From NCBI RefSeq assembly GCF_001194135.2, contig NC_068989.1:59005701-59069700 (forward strand): a stretch of DNA of 64,000 nucleotides. The letters run 5' to 3'. The notes under the pieces were generated by a model, which was not told where the DNA came from, ran no database searches, and saw only the letters and a list, made by a program, of their open reading frames with translations. Each line of letters begins with the position of its first letter. Positions within the stretch are counted from its first letter, which is position 1. Shown here in pieces: positions 1 through 12,741 of the stretch. This DNA is from Octopus bimaculoides. Its lineage: Eukaryota. Made by a program: the position numbers and the translations under genes.

Positions 1-994
1 TGATTTATATAGTAGTGTCAAACAGTGTCATTCACTATAACACATTAGGAAGCTGGAGTGAAGTGGCAATTTAACTGGGATTTCATTTTTACTGTATTCT
101 TACCAAAAGTTGTAATAATCTCACACATTTCTTACTACTATTTTGGAATTATTTTCTTCTACTTTCCACTTCATTCAACTGTATATTACCGATGGAGTTT
201 ACTACATCACTTCTTCCCATAAATTAGCTCGAGATGAAGTATTAATTGCATAATTACATAAAATCACAAGATGCAATTTACAAAAGATAGCGTTTCTTAT
301 TAGTCCGCGTGCATTATCGGGAGATATAAAAAGGCTGATGTTATTCTACATAAAACAATTTGTGCGACATAAACTTTACAGATACAGTAATGATAATAAC
401 AATAATAATTTATTGCTTAAAGCAAGACACAAGGTTAATTTTTTTGTGATATGTTGGATAGGAAGATCTGAAATCATTTATACTAATACTTCTTGGAACA
501 ACTCACGCATTTGAGATTGTAAATATTGTTTTGTTCCAGTCTATGAACAAAAATCCTAAATATTAGACAAGCTGAATGATTGTTGTAGGGTTTATTCTTT
601 TACTAAGAATGTTTTGCAATATAAGTGAAGTGAGACAACTTCTGGTGATCGAAGCTACATAACGAGTTCGTATTGGTAACTACGACGTGGAGCACTACAT
701 TAATAGAATTCGTATAATATCTGATACCCACATGTGATATACAAAATAATAAAGTATGTGACTTGTTCTATAAGTATTTTTACTGAAACACACGCTCTAA
801 TAAAATTTAATTGATATGATATAGTGAGATTCCCATAAAAAAGGTGGTACCTTGATAGTGATGCCTAAAATTGTAAAGAAAAACTAACGAACATATCATT
901 ACGGTAACCTTTTGCATACAACTTCAAGCTAGAGGTGAACAAAATTACACTTTAAATTTGATTGCTATATTCCTTGTTGTTGGTATCTTTTATT

Positions 995-1281
995 CTTTAC
1001 TTGTTTCAGTCATTAGACTGTGGCCACACTGGGGTACCGCCTTGAAGAATTTTTCGTCGAACAAATCAACATCAGTTGTCAAGAGCATGGTGGGGGACAA
1101 ACACAGAAACACACACAAAAACACACACACACATATATACACCGGGATTTTGTCAGTTTCCATCTATCAAACTATTCACAAGGCTTTCGTTGGCCCAGGG
1201 CTATAGTAGAAGACACTTGCACAAGATGTCACGCTGTGGGACTGAACGCGGAGCCGTGTGGCTGGAAAGTAAACATTTTAC
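995..1281 (-). mobile_element. tRNA-derived SINE family 1 (CORE-like middle), internally deleted copy
   Basis: Shares head (GGGACTGAAC.., AAGACACTTG..) and tail (TTGTTTCAGTCATTAGACTGTGGCC) blocks with many other copies in the window; (CA)n tract inside. Confidence 0.8.
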
Positions 1282-1477
1282 AAAAGAAATAAAAAAAATA
1301 GAAACAAATCAACAAAAAACAAACTTTGTTTCTTGTAATTTGTCACCAGTATCTAATTAACAGCATAATTATGTAATATCATTCGTTGCACCAGTATATG
1401 AATAGTACTATGTTGTTAATGATTTAAAATTTCTCCACAATAGTGCACATTCATTGAGTGGAATATCGTCGACTTAC

Positions 1478-1642
1478 TCGATCCCACTATATGAGTGGTA
1501 TATTTTTGCATCGAGACGAAAGGGAAGTGAACCAAAGATGACTTCTGGAAGACTTGAACTCAGATCGCAAAACGACGTAGTAAAACAGCTTCGATATATT
1601 TTATTTGGTGTGTAACTAATTGTGCCAACTTTCGGCACTAAA
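1478..1642 (-). CDS. Candidate internal exon (phase 2-2) of an unidentified host gene
   Basis: caatgtag acceptor and GA|gtaagt donor; open frame LVPKVGTISYTPNKIYRSCFTTSFCDLSSSLPEVIFGSLPFRLDAKIYHSYSGI; non-repetitive sequence. Confidence 0.35.
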
Positions 1643-1732
1643 CTACATTGGATATTGAAAATATAACGTATATGCATCATTAACAGTGGTAGAGAAAATC
1701 AGCATAACTAGGAATAATAATAATTATGATCC

Positions 1733-1941
1733 TTTCTACTATAGGCACAAGGCCTGAAATTTAGGAGAGGGAGATTGTCGGTTACATTGACCCCAGTACT
1801 CAACTGGTAGTTATTTTATCGACCTCGAGAGGATGGAAGGCAATGTGGATCTTGGCGGAATTTGAACTCAGAACGTAAAGACAGACAAAATACCGCTAAG
1901 CATTTAGCCCGGCGTACTAACGATTCTACCAGTTCGCAGCC
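1733..1941 (-). mobile_element. tRNA-derived SINE family 2 (Nin/Deu-like domain)
   Basis: Minus strand has a B-box (GAGTTCAAATTCC) and GCCTTCCATCCTCTCGAGGTCGATAAAAT, resembling the Deu/Nin SINE core; homologous to 11176-11404 and 23233-23648. Confidence 0.8.
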
Positions 1942-1974
1942 TTAAAATGTCACTAAAGATACACACACGCCCCA

Positions 1975-2180
1975 CATACATACGTACATACATACTTATA
2001 TACATACATACATACATACATACATACATACATACATACATACATACATACATACATACATACATACCTATGTATGCATGTATATATGTGTATGTATACA
2101 TACACACACACACACATATACGTATACATATATATAGATGTGCATGGGGATATACATATATCCGTGTATGTATATATGCG
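1975..2180. repeat. (ATAC)n / (AT)n / (AC)n compound microsatellite
   Basis: Directly visible. Confidence 0.95.
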
Positions 2181-2196
2181 TGTATATATTCTTTTA

Positions 2197-2392
2197 TTCT
2201 TTTACTTATTTCACTCGACGACTATGGCCATGCTGGAGCACCACCTTTAGTCGAACAAATCGACCGTAGGACTTATTCTTTGTAAGCCCAGTACTTATTC
2301 TATCGTACTCTTATGACGAACTGGTAAGTTACGGGGACGTAAATACACCAACATCGGTTGTCAAGCGACAGTAAACACAGAAACACAAACAC

Positions 2393-2441
<49 letters not shown>

Positions 2442-2646
2442 NNNNNNNNNNNNNNNNNNNNNNNNNNNNNNNNNNNNNNNNNNNNNNNNNNNNNNNNNNN
2501 NNNCTTTCAATTCCCGTCTACCAAATCCACTCACAAGGCTTTGGTTGGCCCGTGGCTATAGTAGAAGACACTTGCCTTAGGTACTACGCAGTAGGACTGA
2601 ACCCACAACCATGTAGTTGGGAAGGAAGCTTCTTACCAAACGGACA
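2197..2646 (-). mobile_element. SINE family 1, near full length, with N-gap in its internal microsatellite
   Basis: Tail, internal (CA)/(TA)n plus gap, and head blocks match 41087-41512. Confidence 0.85.
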
Positions 2647-2651
2647 CACAC

Positions 2652-2693
<42 letters not shown>

Positions 2694-3000
2694 ATATATA
2701 TACCTGTCTTCCTCTTTTTTTTTTGTACATTCTAACTATATATATGTATGTATATATATATATATATGTATACACACACACACACACACACACACACGCA
2801 AGCACACACACACGCACACACATATATGCATATATATATATATATATAAAAAGTGTGAATATATATATATATAAATATATATCTACATGTATGTTTATAT
2901 AAATATATTTGTTATTTGTTTATATGTACCTATATGTTTATATGTACGAATATGTTCATACATACACATTTACAAATGCATAAGCATATATGCATTTATG

Positions 3001-3373
3001 TGTTTCAATCACTGGACCGCCGTCATCCTGGGGCAACGCTTTGAGGAATTTAGTCGAACAACTTGATCGTAGAAATGAATTTGCTTCTATTTTTAAAGTC
3101 TGGCGGTTATTCTATCGGTATTTTGGATTAACCGCTAGTTCAGGAGGCATAAAACAAAACCAGCTTTGACGTACAGGAGAGGACAGTCATAAAAATACAC
3201 TCGCACACAGACATATAGACATACACAAGTATACACACACACGCACGCACACACACACACACGCACGCACTCACACACGCACCCACACACACGCACTCAC
3301 ACACGCGCACACTCATTCACACACGTACGCACACATACACACGCACACACACACACGAACATACACACACACC

Positions 3374-3421
<48 letters not shown>

Positions 3422-3570
3422 ACATACTTCTTTCAGTTTCCGTCCACTCAGAAGGGTTTGGTATCCCAGAGTCTATAGTAAAAGGCACTTGTTGAAGGTG
3501 CACGCAGTGGGACTGAATCCGGAGCTATGTAGTTGGGAAGCAAGGTTCTAACCACATGGCCACGCCTGCA
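3001..3570 (-). mobile_element. SINE family 1, diverged
   Basis: Head reads TGCAGGCGTGGCCATGTGGTTAGAACC..GGATTCAGTCCC on the minus strand; internal (CA)n; degenerate tail. Confidence 0.75.
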
Positions 3571-3580
3571 TATATATATA

Positions 3581-5368
3581 AAACTTAAATAAAACTTAGA
3601 TATGTTACGACCAAAGATTGGTCCAGGCCATGTCTAACTTAAAAGCACCACCTGATAGGATTATCTAAATCCTTTTTAAGTCAAGTTTTGTTTATGGTCC
3701 ACTCAAGTAGTAAGTTCTTGTTGAGTGAGTTGTATCCAGGTATGGGTGCCCTGTCTGGTATACCTTGAAGAAATCTGTCCAGACTCCGTTTAAGGGTTAT
3801 GGGATCCTTTTCCTCTTTGATCAGTTTTGGGACAACGTTAAACAGAGCAGGGCCTGTTGAGGAAAAGAAATTGTGTCGCAGTGTAGCTATATATTGTGAT
3901 CCAGAATTGGGCAGGGGACGTATGGCCCGTGGTCCCAGCCTTGGATGAACCTTGAAACTAATGTTCAGGTCGTTTGGGCGATGCTGGTGGTATATTCTCC
4001 ACATCGTACAAATGATGTACTGCTCGCGGTGGCACTGGAGAGAGGAAAGTTTCAAGGCTTTAAGGCGGTCCCAGTAATCGAGATCAGTCATGCCTTCAAT
4101 TTGTTTAGTGAGTGCCCTCTGGAGTGATTCAATTTTAGAGATGTTTTGTTTTGTATGGGGAGACCACAAGGTGCAGCTGTATTCGAGGTGTGATCGTACA
4201 AAGGAGGAGAAAAGTGGAATGATGACACCTTGTTCTCTGGACCGGAAGGTTCTTAAGATCCAGGAGCTCATCCTACGAGCTATATCGACCTTATTGTTGA
4301 TGAGAGCACTCCAACTGAGATTGTTAGGTATCTGATATTATTAGATGCTGTGAGCTGTTCCCCTGAAGGAAGACAGTATGGCTGTTTTAGTATAGACTTG
4401 CTTCCAAAATGCATCAGCTCAAATTTTCCCTCGTTTAGTTGCATTTTATTTTTGTCTGCCCATTGACTCACAGCATATAGATCAGACTAGAGCTGAGTTC
4501 GGCCTTCTTCATTGATGATTTGCTGGAGTTTACTGTCATCAGCAAATATGTTTACTTTGGATTGATTTACGACGCTGGAAAGGTCGTTTATGTAGATTAT
4601 AAAGAGGAGCGGGCCCAAGACAGTCCCCTGAGGGACACCACTGGTGACTTTTGCAGGGCTTGAGTGGACTCAATCGACCACAACATGTTGTGTTCTATTC
4701 GCCAGGAAATACTTAATACAGTGTAGAAGCTTTCCACGGATTCCAACATTTGCCAGTTTTGAGAGTAAGATACTATGGTCAACACTGTCGAACGCTTTAC
4801 TGAAGTCAAGATATATGACATCAGAGTTCGAACCTGTCCCCAAGACTGTAAGTATATCTTCAATGTGGTGTAAGAGCTGTGTTAGTCCCTGCCACAGCGA
4901 AAGCCATGCTAATTTGCATTTAGGAGTTTGTGGGTCTTCAGGAACTCAGCTATCCTTGATCTTACTACTCGTTCAAACACGTTAATGATGTGAGAGATGA
5001 GTGAGATTGGGCGATAGTTGACTGCGATAGATCTGTTTCCCTGTTTGAAAACTGGAATGACAGACTGGGATAGGAGCTGTTTCGGTATATAACCTGAGTC
5101 GAAAGAATTTCTCCAGACGTTGGTCAGAGGGACTGCAAATTGGTGTCTACATTCCTTCAGGAGACTAGCGGGGAAACTACCAGGGCCTAAAGCAGAATAG
5201 TATTTGACCTCATTTATTGCTGCTTATAATGTCTGAAGCAGTGAAGGTTATGTCCGAGATTTTATGGAGGGAATCACCTTCGTTCGCTTCTCTTACGTCA
5301 ATATCAGTGGGATCACTAAAGACAGAGCAGTATTGTTTCTGCAGTATTTCTGCCATTTCTTTAGCATC
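3581..5368 (-). mobile_element. CR1/L2-group LINE, 5'-truncated, frameshifted ORF2 (RT and C-terminus) plus 3' UTR
   Basis: Translations include [32 protein letters not shown] and HLEYSCTLWSPH..IESLQRALTKQIEGM; highly similar to 58669-60830 and 56653-57122. Confidence 0.9.
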
Positions 5369-5559
5369 AAGACGAAGAAAATATGCTATTTCTTTAGCAC
5401 AAGACGAGGAAAATATGATCAAAACAAAACAGATATAGATAGAAGACACGTTTCATGAACTGTTGATCTTCAGGTCATCGTAATTTCAGTGGGTCATGCT
5501 AATAGCTTGAAAGAAAAATAGTATAATCTAGCAGCAGAAACAAAGAGGATAGTTTTGTG

Positions 5560-5800
5560 TATGATAGCAGACAAAAAGCAAAAAATGTGCGAAAAGTTTT
5601 TGAGTATTTTGATTATGAGCCATACTGGACATAAAAGTCAGGCAGTGTTCTGTCTGAGGAAACATTCGTCCGCAGTGGAGCTCTTCAAGGAACTATACTG
5701 GGACCACTACTGTTTGAAGTGGCTCCCAGATATGCCATCAATCGTGCAGTTCAATACTGATAAGTTTCAAGCACTCCGCTATCGGTCCACAAACACACTG
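5560..5800 (+). mobile_element. Older CR1-like RT fragment
   Basis: SGALQGTILGPLLF at 5674 and QFNTDKFQAL downstream. Confidence 0.55.
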
Positions 5801-5855
5801 CAGTCGGACTACATAGGACCAGGGGGCAGTGCAATTTCAGAGTTAGAATAGGTGC

Positions 5856-6803
5856 GTTATTTGATATTTGTTTGCATCTCTTAAGTTAATATATATCCCC
5901 ATCTTTTAAAGAATGAAAGAGTAAAAGAATACAGTGATACGGCTACAAAAAGGATGCGAAAATTTTATAAGTTTTCGACTGGAAAAAATTTACAATAAAG
6001 ACAGTATAGAATTAAAGTATTTCGATTGAAATGACGAAACAAAACGAGGGATGGTCGAGCACAGAATTAAAGTTGGGAGAAAATAAAAAAAAGTCGACAG
6101 CTCAAACATTGGTCCTCGTATAGAGAGACAATGTGAAGAAAGTGAAAGAGGGAGTGGGAGGGAAAGAGGAGAGAAAGTGAGATGAAGAGAAATGTACATA
6201 CAATATACATACAGAATATATATATAAAAAATAAAACATAAAAACTCCCACCAGCCCTCTTAATGATTCGTACGTCTGATATAAAGCATAAATTTATTAA
6301 TACCTCCAAAACAATTAAACACATATCTGGCGCAAGCATTATCCTTCTCTTTTCCCTGATGATGGGGGCATTCCTTCGAAGTGAATCGTAAGATTCACAT
6401 GTACTCTCGGGAAAAAACTCTTGAAACAATCGTAGGAATATTTCATTTAAGTATGGTACCAAAAACTCTTTTTTAAACATTTATTATTTCCTGCATTCCA
6501 TAATTTTAAAATTATGCAAAAACTGTAACAAATGAAATGGTCGTTTAAGAATTTTCTTATAACCTAAGAAAGAACAACCCCAATAAACAAAATATATATT
6601 GATGAAGAATAACACGAGTAAACTATATAGTTGTTGAATTCCATTTAGAGATCTTGAAGAACACTTATGCATGATAAGACTTCAGAATAATTACTTATAC
6701 TCACTGTAGTAGATCCTAAAAAAATTGGTGATGTCAAAATATTAGTATTTTGATTGTTATTTGATATTTGTTTGCATCTCTTAAGTTAATATATATCCCC
6801 ATC
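5856..6803. repeat. 48-bp perfect direct repeat (5856-5903 and 6756-6803)
   Basis: GTTATTTGATATTTGTTTGCATCTCTTAAGTTAATATATATCCCCATC occurs twice, 900 bp apart. Confidence 0.95.
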
Positions 6804-7037
6804 CCAGCAAGAAGAAGTAAACATCGTCTTCATTTCTAATATGTAATAGTTCAAGTGTTTAATGATTAATTAGTAAAGAATGCATGTGATATTTTTAGCA
6901 TACTGGCTCACCAATCCTCCAATGAGAAAGTTACTTCTATGAATTTATAGAGGTATTGCCTTTAGCCTAACTTTTAAGTGTAATAACTGTCTTCACAGTG
7001 TCATTACAGATATTGTTTATCGTACATTTTACACAGT

Positions 7038-7307
7038 ACAGTTCTATATTTAAGAGATGAGGAATTATGTACATTATTTATATTATTTACATTTGATGGA
7101 CATTTGTCCTCATCTTGTTTGTTGTTAACACAACGTTTCGGCTGATATACCCTCCAGCCTTCATCAGGTGTCTTGGGGAAATTTCGAACCTGGATTCTCA
7201 TTCCTAAGGTATTTTTCGATGTTATTATTATTAGAATCCAGGTCACTGTCTGGAATTGAACTCGGAATCTTGGGGTTAGTAGCCCACGCTCTTAACCTCT
7301 ACGCCAC
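7038..7307 (-). mobile_element. tRNA-headed SINE with hammerhead-containing, PLE-like 3' tail (left arm of palindrome)
   Basis: Minus strand: A-box TGGCGTAGAGG, B-box GAGTTCAATTCC, short (AAT)n, then a tail with CTGATGA..GAAAC. Confidence 0.8.
7128..7171 (-). ncRNA. Minimal type I hammerhead ribozyme motif
   Basis: ACAC-CUGAUGA-A-GGCUG(GAGGGUAUAU)CAGCC-GAA-AC/GU-U-GUGU; intact core, loop-less self-complementary stem III. Confidence 0.75.
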
Positions 7308-7377
7308 GGCATATGGCGTAGAGGTTAAGAGCGCGGGCTACTAACCCCAAGATTCCGAGTTCGATTCCAGGCAGTAA

Positions 7378-7436
<59 letters not shown>

Positions 7437-7621
7437 GTAATAATAATAATAGTAATAATAATAATAATATCATCGAAAAATACCTTAGGAATGAGAATCC
7501 AGGTTCGAAATTTCCCCAAGGCACCTGATGAAAGCTGGAGGGTATATCAGCCGAAAGGTTGTGCTAACAACAAACAAGATGAGGACAAATATCCGTCAAA
7601 TGTAAATAATGTAAATAATGT
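7308..7621 (+). mobile_element. Same SINE, right arm of palindrome, with long (AAT)n
   Basis: A-box TGGCGTAGAGG, B-box GAGTTCGATTCC, (AAT)n at about 7382-7468; about 95% identical by eye to the left arm outside the microsatellite. Confidence 0.8.
7521..7564 (+). ncRNA. Minimal type I hammerhead motif, two mismatches
   Basis: GCAC-CUGAUGA-A-AGCUG..CAGCC-GAA-AG/GU-U-GUGC. Confidence 0.6.
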
Positions 7622-9242
7622 ATTTTACACAGTGTAATGACATTCGTGAAAGTCATAACAGATAGAATACATATACCTGGATTCCATCCTGTAGTTGTGC
7701 CATCCCCACCCACTGCATTGTATCAAGACCAAAGTGCATAAAGTCTGCAAGACCAATGCAACATGTAGATGTAGATCAAGATGAGCAAATGTCACGATAA
7801 TATCTTGAACAGCTAACCAAGAATCCCAAGCGTCAGCTCCTTTTCAACAGTACTGCACTATATCCTAACCAAAATTACCTGTTTCCTTTTTATATTTGCC
7901 TTTGTCTAAATTAACTGTGATTGTGGTCATATATAGAAATGACTCAACAGTATTCGGTGGGTTGAAAAGCTCATTGTTGTCAATTACGTCAATACAGTAT
8001 TACAGACGTACGTTTCAATGGTTTGTTATACTGACTTGGACCTGCATATAGTTTTGGGTACCGATATAAAACTAATAATAAGTTCATCTCTTTAAATATT
8101 ATTTCTACAATTCCAGAGATGACTCTAAATCAATACAGTCCCTCTGCTATTGAATAATACAATTAACTCATCTTTAGGAACTTAAATAGGGTACGCAAGC
8201 ACATATATGTAAGTATATATGTATGTTGTTATGTAGGCGTGTTTGTAAGCAACAGTGAAGGATTGCGCTACCAATACATACATGTCCAGAATGATTATAC
8301 TTTTCGCTCCTCGCAGTTAATAATGTAATTGAGAAGATAAGTTTTTTATGATCGTTATAATCGATTAACACTCTGTAAAGCAGTGCGTGCTCCACTTTGA
8401 TCATTGTCCAGTAGCTGAAACTTGTTAAGGAATAAGACAATAGAGTGTGCAGCTGTGACTGCAACGTCCATGAGTTTGTGCGATTGTACATGTTTAAACA
8501 CAGTTGTATGTGCATGAACATGTGTGCGTATGTTTATACCTTCATGAATATTCACATGTGTGTTTATATTCACACACGTATATGAAATTACATATTGGTA
8601 AGCTCAAGTATGGACACATAGCTAATTGATGATACACCTGTGCAGTCAGAATATGTACTTATAACCATAATTGTCACTGATACTTTAAGATTAACAATGT
8701 TTCTTCTGCATATTGTGTACAAAGAACCGATATTTTCCTTTGTAAACGCGCGTACATTTAATGATGTGTGTCGCTATTCAAGTACATGTGCCATGGTTAT
8801 CTAGCAATGTGCTGTAACATTCAGTCGAATTTGTCTGTTTTTCCGCCAATTTTTCTAGCTTCTGACTCCCCGTACCTCCACAGTGTATATAATTCGTCGT
8901 AACTTACTCCCTTCCTACACAGTCAGCAATTATTTACATCGAACATATCGGGCAGTAATTTCCCTAACAACTTCCCAACAGGTATCAACATGCTTACATC
9001 CACAATTCTACCTCAACAATGCAAAGTTGGCTCGGATTCAAACTCAGCGAAGAAGAGAAAGAAATAAAAAAGATAAAAAAAAAAGAAGCAGAAACTCCGC
9101 AAATAAATTAATAGTTGATCCGGAAGCCTTGCTATCTGGTACCTATTTTCCCTGAATTTGAATAATTACAAACATTGCTGTTCTACCTAAGATTTCTAGT
9201 TTTAGGACACCACACAGACGCAGGCACGCTGGTACGCAGACA

Positions 9243-9338
<96 letters not shown>
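9243..9338. repeat. (GCAC)n microsatellite
   Basis: Directly visible. Confidence 0.95.
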
Positions 9339-9962
9339 CACTCTCACACACACACATGCACACACGCACACTCTCTCACACACACACGCACAGAAATATG
9401 TGGTTTCTACTTTAGGCAGAAGGCCAACAATTTTGAGGAAAAGGTAAAAAGTTGTTCCATCGACCCCACAAATTGACTGGAGGTTTTATCATATCCATCT
9501 GTTTACATATATGTATTCACACACACACACGCACACACGCACACACACACACACACACACATACTCACACACACGTACACACACATACACATACGTACAT
9601 GTATGGTGACGTAAAAATCAAGACCTATATCCGAGTTTTGGTTCAGGTTTCTTAACATTAAGTTTCACAATTTTTTCTGTGATCCCACTCTTGCTCTTTG
9701 TAATCCTTCAAACCTCAAATTTTTCTTTCACAAGTACCAACTTCCTCAACCCTCAAAATCCTCAAAGTACCAACTTCCGTCATCGGCCTTTATTTTCATC
9801 ACTGAAATAATACATTAAAGGCTCAGCAGAAAAAACAAAACAAAAACAGAAAGAATGATACAAATAAATAACCACCTATGTATTCTAAGATCAATAATAT
9901 TTGTTATAAATAACATTTTTATTTCTGTATTTGGCTAAAATCGTTGGTTTAATTAAGGTTTG

Positions 9963-10083
9963 ATCCCCACTTAAACGTGGATGTTTTATTAGAAGAAACT
10001 TTATTGTGATGGTTGCCATGAGAGAAGCTCTCACGTTGGCTTTTTGGTGTATTTTGCATTTTGCATCCACGCTTAAGTGGGAT
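9963..10083. mobile_element. Small inverted-repeat element (possible MITE)
   Basis: ATCCCCACTTAAACGTGGATG ... CATCCACGCTTAAGTGGGAT: about 20-bp inverted repeat around an 80-bp spacer; no clear TSD. Confidence 0.4.
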
Positions 10084-10187
10084 AAATATTAACTCTCAGT
10101 ATTAATCCTGTCTTTGTCGCAAATATATATTCTTTAAAATTAGTAATGTGAGGGCCTTATTCTAACCCTACATTTCGTACAATGAAG

Positions 10188-10218
<31 letters not shown>

Positions 10219-10378
10219 CTATAGTTTCAGCTCAGAGCTACGGCCATGCTGATGCACCGCCGTTAAAAGTCAATGGTGGACTGCCGTGAAAATATCGTAA
10301 TATACATATAATGTCCGGTAAAACAATATATAATGTACTGTTTGTGAAATGTGGAGAATATATGTGCATTGGTTGATG

Positions 10379-10765
10379 TGTTGTTGTTGGCACTCCGTCG
10401 CTTACGATGTTGAGGGTTCCAGTTGATCCGATCAACAGAACAGCCTGCTCGTGAAATTAACGTGCAAGTGGCTGAGCACTCCACAGACACGTGTACCGTT
10501 AACGTAGTTCTCGGGGATATTCAGCGTGACACAGTGTGACAAGGCTGACCCTTTGAATTACAGGCACAACAGAAACAGGAAGTAAGAGTGAGAGAAAGTT
10601 GTGGTGAAAGATTACAGCAGGGTTCACCACCATCCCCTGCCAGGAGCCTCGCGGATCTGTAGGTGTTTTCGCTCAATAAACACTCACAACGCCCGGTCTG
10701 GGAATCGAAACCATGATCCTATGACCGCGAGTCCGCTGCCCTAACCACTGGGCCATTGTGCCTCC
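10379..10765 (-). mobile_element. tRNA-derived SINE family 3
   Basis: Head GGAGGCACAATGGCCCAGTGGTTAGGGCAGCGGACTCGCGGTC..GGTTTCGATTCCC with A and B boxes; ends in (AAC)n. Confidence 0.75.
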
Positions 10766-11175
10766 ACATCGGTTGATGTAGTAGTGCAAGAAAAGTAGCA
10801 TCAAAACATAACATCACAATGGTCTAGAGGAAATTCTTTAGTTCCTCAACCTTCTTGACTGGATACAACTGTCGAATTTTGTATGGAAATATATATTTTC
10901 CACCTCTGTTCAGTTATGATTAATCAAGAAAATATTCTTCATTTCGTTTCTTTGCATTGTAAACATTGAATCAGTACAAAGAGACAAGAATAGAATACAG
11001 AGACGGCTAGGGGAGGTAAATTTATGTTTATCTACTTCAAACTTGGCAAACTAACACACTTCCATATATATGAATATAAACACGCACGTACATACGCGCG
11101 CGCGTATGTATTTATATGTACTTACATACATATCCATTATACTAAATGGATGTGTGCATATGTAATATTTATCTA

Positions 11176-11404
11176 TTTATTTATTGCCCACAGGGGGCTA
11201 AACATAGAGGGGACAAGCAAGGACAGACAAAGGGATTAAGTCGATTACATCGACCTCAGTGTGTAACTTGTACTTATTTAATCGACCCTGAAAGGATGAA
11301 AGGCAAAGTCGACATCGGCGGAATTTGAACTCAAAACGTAACGGCAGACGAAATACCGCTAAGCATTTCGCCCGGCGTGCTAACGATTCTGCCAACTCGC
11401 CGCC
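11176..11404 (-). mobile_element. SINE family 2, full length
   Basis: Reverse complement closely matches 23233-23465. Confidence 0.85.
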
Positions 11405-12370
11405 TTATGCATATGTAATATTAGATAAGAAATTATTAATGAATTCCACTTTCTATCAAATACCGTTTTAAATGAAACACAGATCTTTATACAATGGTTG
11501 AAACAGATCAACGTCTGTTGGGTGATGAAGTAGTTTGTGTTAATAGTAAATATATTTCCTGTATTTAATGCATCAACTATGGAAAGACAAATGGCGAAAT
11601 TAAACTTGTTAGGATTTGAACTCATTATCTAGAAGACCGAAACTAAATGTTCTATGAAATTTAATCTGGTATTTAATTGTTTCAGCACTTGGATCACCAT
11701 CCTTAATATTATTTCTACTCTAAATCATTTAATAACTCTCGAATTAATTATGTGTCATTCTTTTTCGGGTGGGGATGGTTTCAGTGTACCCAGATTAAGG
11801 TAAGCTGTTTAATTTTAGTTTCCTCTCAATCCCAGAATATTTGTAATAAATTTTTATGGCGCTTCATGCTACGACTGTTTTATTCTGAAGTCTTTTGGTA
11901 TGAGAAATTCCAGCAGAAAAGTTGAAAAAGAATAATCTAATGTCAATCATTAGGGATGGTTAGAGAGTCAATTGACCGTTGGTTATAATGTTTACCAGAT
12001 AATATACAGACAAATCATCATAAATAAAAACTTCCGGCCGCGTGCGGAAGCCTCACCCTCAATGGAAAACAATCAAAGATTAGGGGAGACACCGATGCAT
12101 CAACGGAATTAAACGTCTTCTGAAGCAGTAGAGCGGGTTGTGTGGTTTGTCTATTAGGTTCAAGTCATAGGTGTCTATGGGCACATCAAAACCAATAGGA
12201 CGCCACTGGGTCTTTGACGCTTCGTTAAAGATTAAAAACGAAGACGAATTGATGGCCCTTGGGACCCGAACTGATATAATAAAAATGAAAATGTATTTCA
12301 ACCTTGCAATAAACGCTGTCTGCCCCCTTTTCACTTATTTACACATATATATACACACATACAAAACTAC

Positions 12371-12489
12371 ACATAAATAAATATACACATAGAAAGATCT
12401 ATATGGAAATATATAAACCACATATACATAAATAAATATACACATAGAAAGATCTATATGGAAATATATAAACCACATATACATAAATA
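12371..12489. repeat. 55-bp tandem duplication (about 2.2 copies)
   Basis: ACATAAATAAATATACACATAGAAAGATCTATATGGAAATATATAAACCACATAT starts at 12371 and 12426. Confidence 0.95.
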
Positions 12490-12671
12490 CATACGTAACT
12501 GCAGCGATACGATTACACCGAAACATACATTCACACATATAGACGACCAAGCGTAGACTCGTGTATCAACACACACACGTGCATGCATAGTCTTTCTCTG
12601 TCTCTGTCCTCCTCCCCTGTGTTTCTCAATATATGCGTGTGTGGGTGTATGTTTATACATATACATACATG

Positions 12672-12741
<70 letters not shown>

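Noticed and set aside
4534-4540. CTGATGA cores at 4534, 14573, 20656, 24287, 35579, 54110, 59324 and 60405
   Set aside because: No complete stem II plus GAAA plus stem I arrangement; several lie in LINE or PLE coding remnants (for example the FADD motif).
7308-7380. Functional tRNA gene
   Set aside because: No complete acceptor stem; it runs into (AAT)n and a shared tail, so it is a SINE head. The same holds for other A/B-box hits.
12371-12489. CRISPR-like or regulatory array
   Set aside because: A simple two-copy tandem duplication without spacers; no CRISPR-like structure anywhere in the window.
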